Shown: positions 48,631-52,423 of the stretch, piece by piece
Layout: each line of letters opens with the position of its first letter
How positions within the stretch are numbered: the stretch's first letter is position 1
NCBI GenBank assembly: GCA_036339735.1
Contig: JAYZAL010000014.1
Coordinates: 1-52,423, forward strand
Length of the DNA stretch: 52,423 bases
Origin: Candidatus Poribacteria bacterium
GTDB lineage: Bacteria > Poribacteria > WGA-4E > UBA9662
Direction of reading: 5' to 3'
Translations under genes and position numbers: made by a program
The notes under the pieces: model-generated
Databases searched by the model: none
The model's input: the letters and a program-made list of their open reading frames with translations, nothing else
What the model was told of the DNA's origin: nothing

Positions 48631-49044
48631 TTATTTAGGTTGCAAAGACGAAAGGGTTTTTAAAATGGTCCGAGCCATCAAAATAACAGCTAACAAAAAC
48701 ACTATATTGAAAATCGAGTCTTTGTTCCTCCCATAGAGGGAGATATTATTTGTCTCAAAATACTCTTCTTGCATTTTCTTATACAATTCAAAATCCTCCG
48801 AAGGGGAATTTCTTCCGGGTTTTTCGTACTCTATACCATTTAAGGTGAAATTATCATATTCGTCAAAATCTATGATTTTGTCCAGAATTGAAATTGTAAA
48901 AAAACCAACCAACAATGCCACTCCTATCCCCTTTAAACCTGCTTGAAAGAAAGTTTTAAAGAAAACAAACAGATCCTCTATTGACTCTATTGAGGATTCA
49001 TCACCTAAATCTTTTTCTTTTTCTTCTGTATCCATTTTATTCAC
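48631..49044 (-). CDS. Small hypothetical membrane protein (2 TM)
   Basis: Two hydrophobic segments (GIGVALLVGFFTISIL and IFNIVFLLAVILMA); AGGAG RBS abuts the GTG, and the ATG 9 nt downstream is the likelier start; very AT-rich. Confidence 0.6.
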   Translation of the reverse strand: MNKMDTEEKEKDLGDESSIESIEDLFVFFKTFFQAGLKGIGVALLVGFFTISILDKIIDFDEYDNFTLNGIEYEKPGRNSPSEDFELYKKMQEEYFETNNISLYGRNKDSIFNIVFLLAVILMARTILKTLSSLQPK

Positions 49045-49570
49045 TCCTATTAAATTTGTAGTCCAATGATCCTAACAATTTCAAACAATGTTTAAAAATA
49101 TCCGTAGAAAATAATTGAGACCCCCAATTATATTCAATTCTCACCGTTTTAAAATTAGATTTAATTTAAATTACTATTTAATAGCTACCGTTTCCTGTTT
49201 TTTCCTCTGGTTCTTCCGCCGTTTGGCCTGTCGTTTGTTTCTAATTTGCCGTCATTTAGCTGTTAATTACAGGTTTTTGCGTTAAAAACAAAAATATGAC
49301 AAGTAAATGTAAAATCTGTATCCCATAATAGAAATGTTTTTCTCTTTGAGAGCAATTTTTTCAGGATGCCTAGCTGGAAACAAACTCCAGTTAGGCATTT
49401 TTAATGCATTGGTGTTGAACTGAAAGAAAAATACCCTGTGAATCTCAAAAAGAAGAACCTTATGAAAAATAAAAATTCTGCCAAAATTAAGCACCAAGAC
49501 AACATACCAGAATCTAATCCATTCAGTAAGATTAAATCGTCATTTAGCTAGTTAATGGGAACATCTGGAC

Positions 49571-49617
49571 TGTCTCACTTGAGACAAAAATCAATAAAAA
49601 CTGTCGCATTTGAGACA
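49571..49617. repeat. Tandem 16-bp palindromic boxes
   Basis: TGTCTCA-ct-TGAGACA (49571-49586) and TGTCGCA-tt-TGAGACA (49602-49617). Confidence 0.7.
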
Positions 49618-49911
49618 CCTAGATCAGTCGATTTGGATCTCCTAAATGGGAATCCAAGAATCTGGATCCGATCCTCTGATTTTGGTGGCTCTGACCTCTT
49701 GTTGACATCACAATTTATTACTAACAGGCCAAAACAAAAAAGCCCTAAATTTCCGATTTAAGGGTTTGGCTGTGTTTCAGCACTTAAAATTGCTTGTAGG
49801 GTATATAAAGTTTCTAAAGGGGGTTGCTTAACCTTGCTTGGCTGTTCCGGTTTTGTTTTACATCTCGGTTGCTAATATAATATCTTTGTTAACAAAAAGG
49901 CGGTTCGATTA

Positions 49912-50646
49912 ATGAAAAAGATTAGTTGTTGTTTTTTGTTTCTGTTGGTCTTTTCTGTTTATAGTGAAGAAAAGGAGTATTTGCCCGTTGTCTCCAATGC
50001 TAAAGAACTAAAAACTGTCAAAGGTAAACCTATCATTTGGCAAAAGGATAAATCCATCATGGTTGCTATCCCGCCCTCGAATACCACCGAACATTTTTGG
50101 ATGGGCACTACCGAAGTTACAGTTGGTCAGTTTAAGAAGTTTTTAGCTGAATCAGATCACCAATTTAGTGGTGATTTATGGAAGGATATTTACCAGGTCT
50201 CGCCGACTGATGATCATCCGATGGTTTATGTCTCTTGGCATGATGCCACCGCATACGCTAAATGGGCGGGTAAACGTTTGCCAACCCAAGCCGAATGGGA
50301 ATTTGCCGCTCGTGGTGGCTTAGTAGGCAAAAAGTATAGTTGGGGTAATGATAAGGGGTTAGCTCGTGATTATGCCAACTATCAAGGAACTGATGGCAAA
50401 GATAAATGGCGGTATACAGCACCAGTAGGGAGTTTTAAACCAAATGGGTATGGGTTGTACGACATGGCGGGCAATGTCTGGGAGTGGAGTCAAGATTGGT
50501 ATGATAGTGGTCAAGACCAAAAAGTGTTGCTGGGTGGTTCTTGGTTCTATAATACCTACTACCTGCAGCTGGCTAATCCTACCTCCTACCATCCGGATAT
50601 TAGGACTTATCGCTATGGGTTTCGATGTGTGTCAGGATCGCCTTAA
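49912..50646 (+). CDS. Secreted FGE-sulfatase (CLec-fold) domain protein, candidate DGR-type variable protein
   Basis: Signal peptide; TEVTVGQF, VSWHDA...WAGKRLPTQAEWEFAARGG, NGYGLYDMAGNVWEW, GGSW...GFRCV. Confidence 0.9.
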   Translation: MKKISCCFLFLLVFSVYSEEKEYLPVVSNAKELKTVKGKPIIWQKDKSIMVAIPPSNTTEHFWMGTTEVTVGQFKKFLAESDHQFSGDLWKDIYQVSPTDDHPMVYVSWHDATAYAKWAGKRLPTQAEWEFAARGGLVGKKYSWGNDKGLARDYANYQGTDGKDKWRYTAPVGSFKPNGYGLYDMAGNVWEWSQDWYDSGQDQKVLLGGSWFYNTYYLQLANPTSYHPDIRTYRYGFRCVSGSP

Positions 50647-50789
50647 TAACCCTTTACCCCTGTTAGTGTATGTCTTTCTGCCAGTATGACATTACTTATT
50701 GGATATTTATTTAAGCTATTTTGGGGTTTGAGTTTGTGATTTGGCAGGGTTGGTACTAGGGGTTGTGGTTGAAGACTGCCAAATTGATT

Positions 50790-50825
50790 AATAACGTCCC
50801 ATAATTCTCATTATCAGATGTTATT
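50790..50825. other. dif/lox-like imperfect palindrome
   Basis: AATAACGTCCCATAA-ttctca-TTATCAGATGTTATT; arms match at 12/15 positions around a 6-bp core. Confidence 0.45.
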
Positions 50826-50927
50826 GGGAAGGTACTAGAATGGCAGGTTTCAATATAGAGTAAAAGCGTGGAACTATATGGGAAAAATGGTTTAAGGTTA
50901 GCTTCAGAAACTGAGGCAGTTTTTATA

Positions 50928-51200
50928 ATTAAAAAGATTAATTTTTGTTTTTTATTTCTGTTGGTTTTTTCTGTTTGTGCTCAGAAGGAAAAGTTACCAG
51001 TTGTTTCTAAGGCTAAACAACTAAAAACTGTAAAAGGTAAAAAGATCATTTGGAAGAAAGATGGAGCTCAGATCGCATTAGTTCGCTCTTATAAATCAGC
51101 CGAATATAAAGAAGAGAAAACATTTAATCGATTGGGTGAACCAATTACTAAAAAGGTCAAAGTCGATGAGGTGCTACCTTTATGGTTTGATATGACAGAA
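50928..51200 (+). pseudogene. 5' fragment of a third FGE-domain paralog
   Basis: (ATT)KKINFCFLFLLVFSV...LPVVSKAKQLKTVKGKKIIWKKD...LWFDMTE closely matches the N-terminus of 49912..50646. ATT stands where the paralog has ATG, and homology stops at TE. Confidence 0.8.
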
Positions 51201-51209
51201 TATACAAAT

Positions 51210-52423
51210 ATGAAACGAGAAAAATTCAATAAAAAGAGATCAATAATTTTATTCTTGAGCCTACTGTGTTGTGTTTTATCCTGCACTACACAGCAACCTG
51301 CATCCATCCGAGCAAATGTTACGATTAACACAGATGCGACTGTCAAAACATACAACCCTATGATTTTTGGTGGTTTCTTGGAACATTTTGGAGATCAAAT
51401 CTATGGAGGAGTATATGAACCTGGCTCACCTCTTGCTGACGAAGATGGTTTTAGAAAAGATGTAGTGGCAGCACTGAAAGAGCTAAATACTACTGCTGTT
51501 CGTTGGCCTGGAGGCTGTTATGTAAGCGGATACCATTGGGAAGATGGAGTGGGCAAAAATCGTCCCATTACAGATGATATGGTGTGGGGAGTAAAAGAAA
51601 CCAATACATTTGGCACAGACGAGTTTATAAAACTCTCTCGCTTAGTTGGATGGGAACCTTATATCTGTAATAATGCCGGAAATGGAACCATAGAAGAAAT
51701 GTGTAACTGGATTGAATATTGTAATGGCACTACTGGAAAATATGCGCAAATGCGTAAAGATAACGGACATCTGGATCCTATGAATGTAAATATCTGGAGT
51801 ATTGGAAATGAAAACTACATTAAGCAAGAAATAGGATACAAGCCTATTGAAGAGTGGGCTCCTTTTGTTACCAATGCTGCTAAAGCCATGAGAAAAGTAG
51901 ATCCGACCGTTCAGATTGCTGCTGCTACATCCAATACAAGAGAATGGATTTTACCTTTGTTAAAAGATGCTGGCCCCTATTTAAATTACATTTCAATCCA
52001 TCAATACTGGTTCCCTTTTTGGCAGAAACACGAAATGCCCGATTATATGGCAGGCATTATGAAGTCTGAAGGACCTGACAAAATGATTTCAGATGTGGTT
52101 GACATACTTGACGAGTCTGGATATAGAGGAAGAATTAAGATTGCTTTTGATGAGTGGAATCTACGCGGATGGCACCACGCCAAATTTCCAAGAAAAACCG
52201 TACAAGACTATGATGATCCTGAAGTAATAGAAGCGGTAAAAGCACGAGAAAAAAATGACATTGCCTCACAATATAATATGTCAGATGCCCTTTTTTCAGC
52301 CTCTTTTCTTAATGCCTGTTTGCGACACTCAGACGATGTAACTATGGCAAATATTGCACCTACTGTAAATACGCGAGGACCTCTTTATGTTCATCCCAAA
52401 GGTATTGTAAAACGCACCCATTT
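51210..52423 (+). CDS. GH51 alpha-L-arabinofuranosidase, probable lipoprotein, 3'-partial
   Basis: Missing from the ORF track because it has no stop in the window. Manual translation gives lipobox-like VLSC, IFGGFLEHFG..IYGG, RWPGGC, FGTDEF, WSIGNEN (acid/base) and IAFDEWN (nucleophile). Confidence 0.93.
   Translation, partial: MKREKFNKKRSIILFLSLLCCVLSCTTQQPASIRANVTINTDATVKTYNPMIFGGFLEHFGDQIYGGVYEPGSPLADEDGFRKDVVAALKELNTTAVRWPGGCYVSGYHWEDGVGKNRPITDDMVWGVKETNTFGTDEFIKLSRLVGWEPYICNNAGNGTIEEMCNWIEYCNGTTGKYAQMRKDNGHLDPMNVNIWSIGNENYIKQEIGYKPIEEWAPFVTNAAKAMRKVDPTVQIAAATSNTREWILPLLKDAGPYLNYISIHQYWFPFWQKHEMPDYMAGIMKSEGPDKMISDVVDILDESGYRGRIKIAFDEWNLRGWHHAKFPRKTVQDYDDPEVIEAVKAREKNDIASQYNMSDALFSASFLNACLRHSDDVTMANIAPTVNTRGPLYVHPKGIVKRTH

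Noticed and set aside
534-51827. Many short ORFs (60-175 aa) antisense to or nested in longer genes, e.g. 1458..1856, 13897..14202, 18369..18896, 35583..35948, 51089..51355, 51642..51827
   Set aside because: They overlap well-supported genes and have no motifs of their own; shadow ORFs.
49912-52423. A complete DGR locus in the window
   Set aside because: No reverse transcriptase, Avd or adenine-rich template repeat was found, so only a candidate target is reported.

Overview
Bacterial chromosomal window, AT-rich, with no rRNA, tRNA or CRISPR array that I can see. The gene repertoire suggests Candidatus Poribacteria (inference): PhyH dioxygenase, several sulfatases, FGE-sulfatase-domain paralogs, PQQ-like beta-propellers, Gfo/Idh/MocA oxidoreductases, a CRTAC1-like protein, and secreted proteins ending in a V[DE]xKx[KR]LTxxWAx[IL]K tail. 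Housekeeping genes (holA, hup, pyrE, purD, uppP, a MoxR ATPase) alternate with accessory patches. Main points: (1) three secreted proteins from two unrelated families share a 17-aa C-terminal tail, a candidate sorting signal; (2) a promoter-led 7-gene operon encodes Fe-ADH, two beta-propellers, a radical SAM enzyme that is neither HemN nor HemW, a PaaK-like ligase, PhyH and a TAXI binding protein; (3) a 2.4-kb islet between pyrE and purD has cargo genes separated by three homologous hairpin+TAGTAGA units resembling recombinase 3' tails, plus an attC-like site; (4) a 2725-aa TPR-flanked alpha-2-macroglobulin lacks the thioester motif; (5) a decayed serine-recombinase element carries an intact sulfatase; (6) one FGE/CLec-fold gene has a DGR-like variable-region codon signature, and is followed by a truncated paralog joined in frame to a GH51 arabinofuranosidase that runs off the window end.
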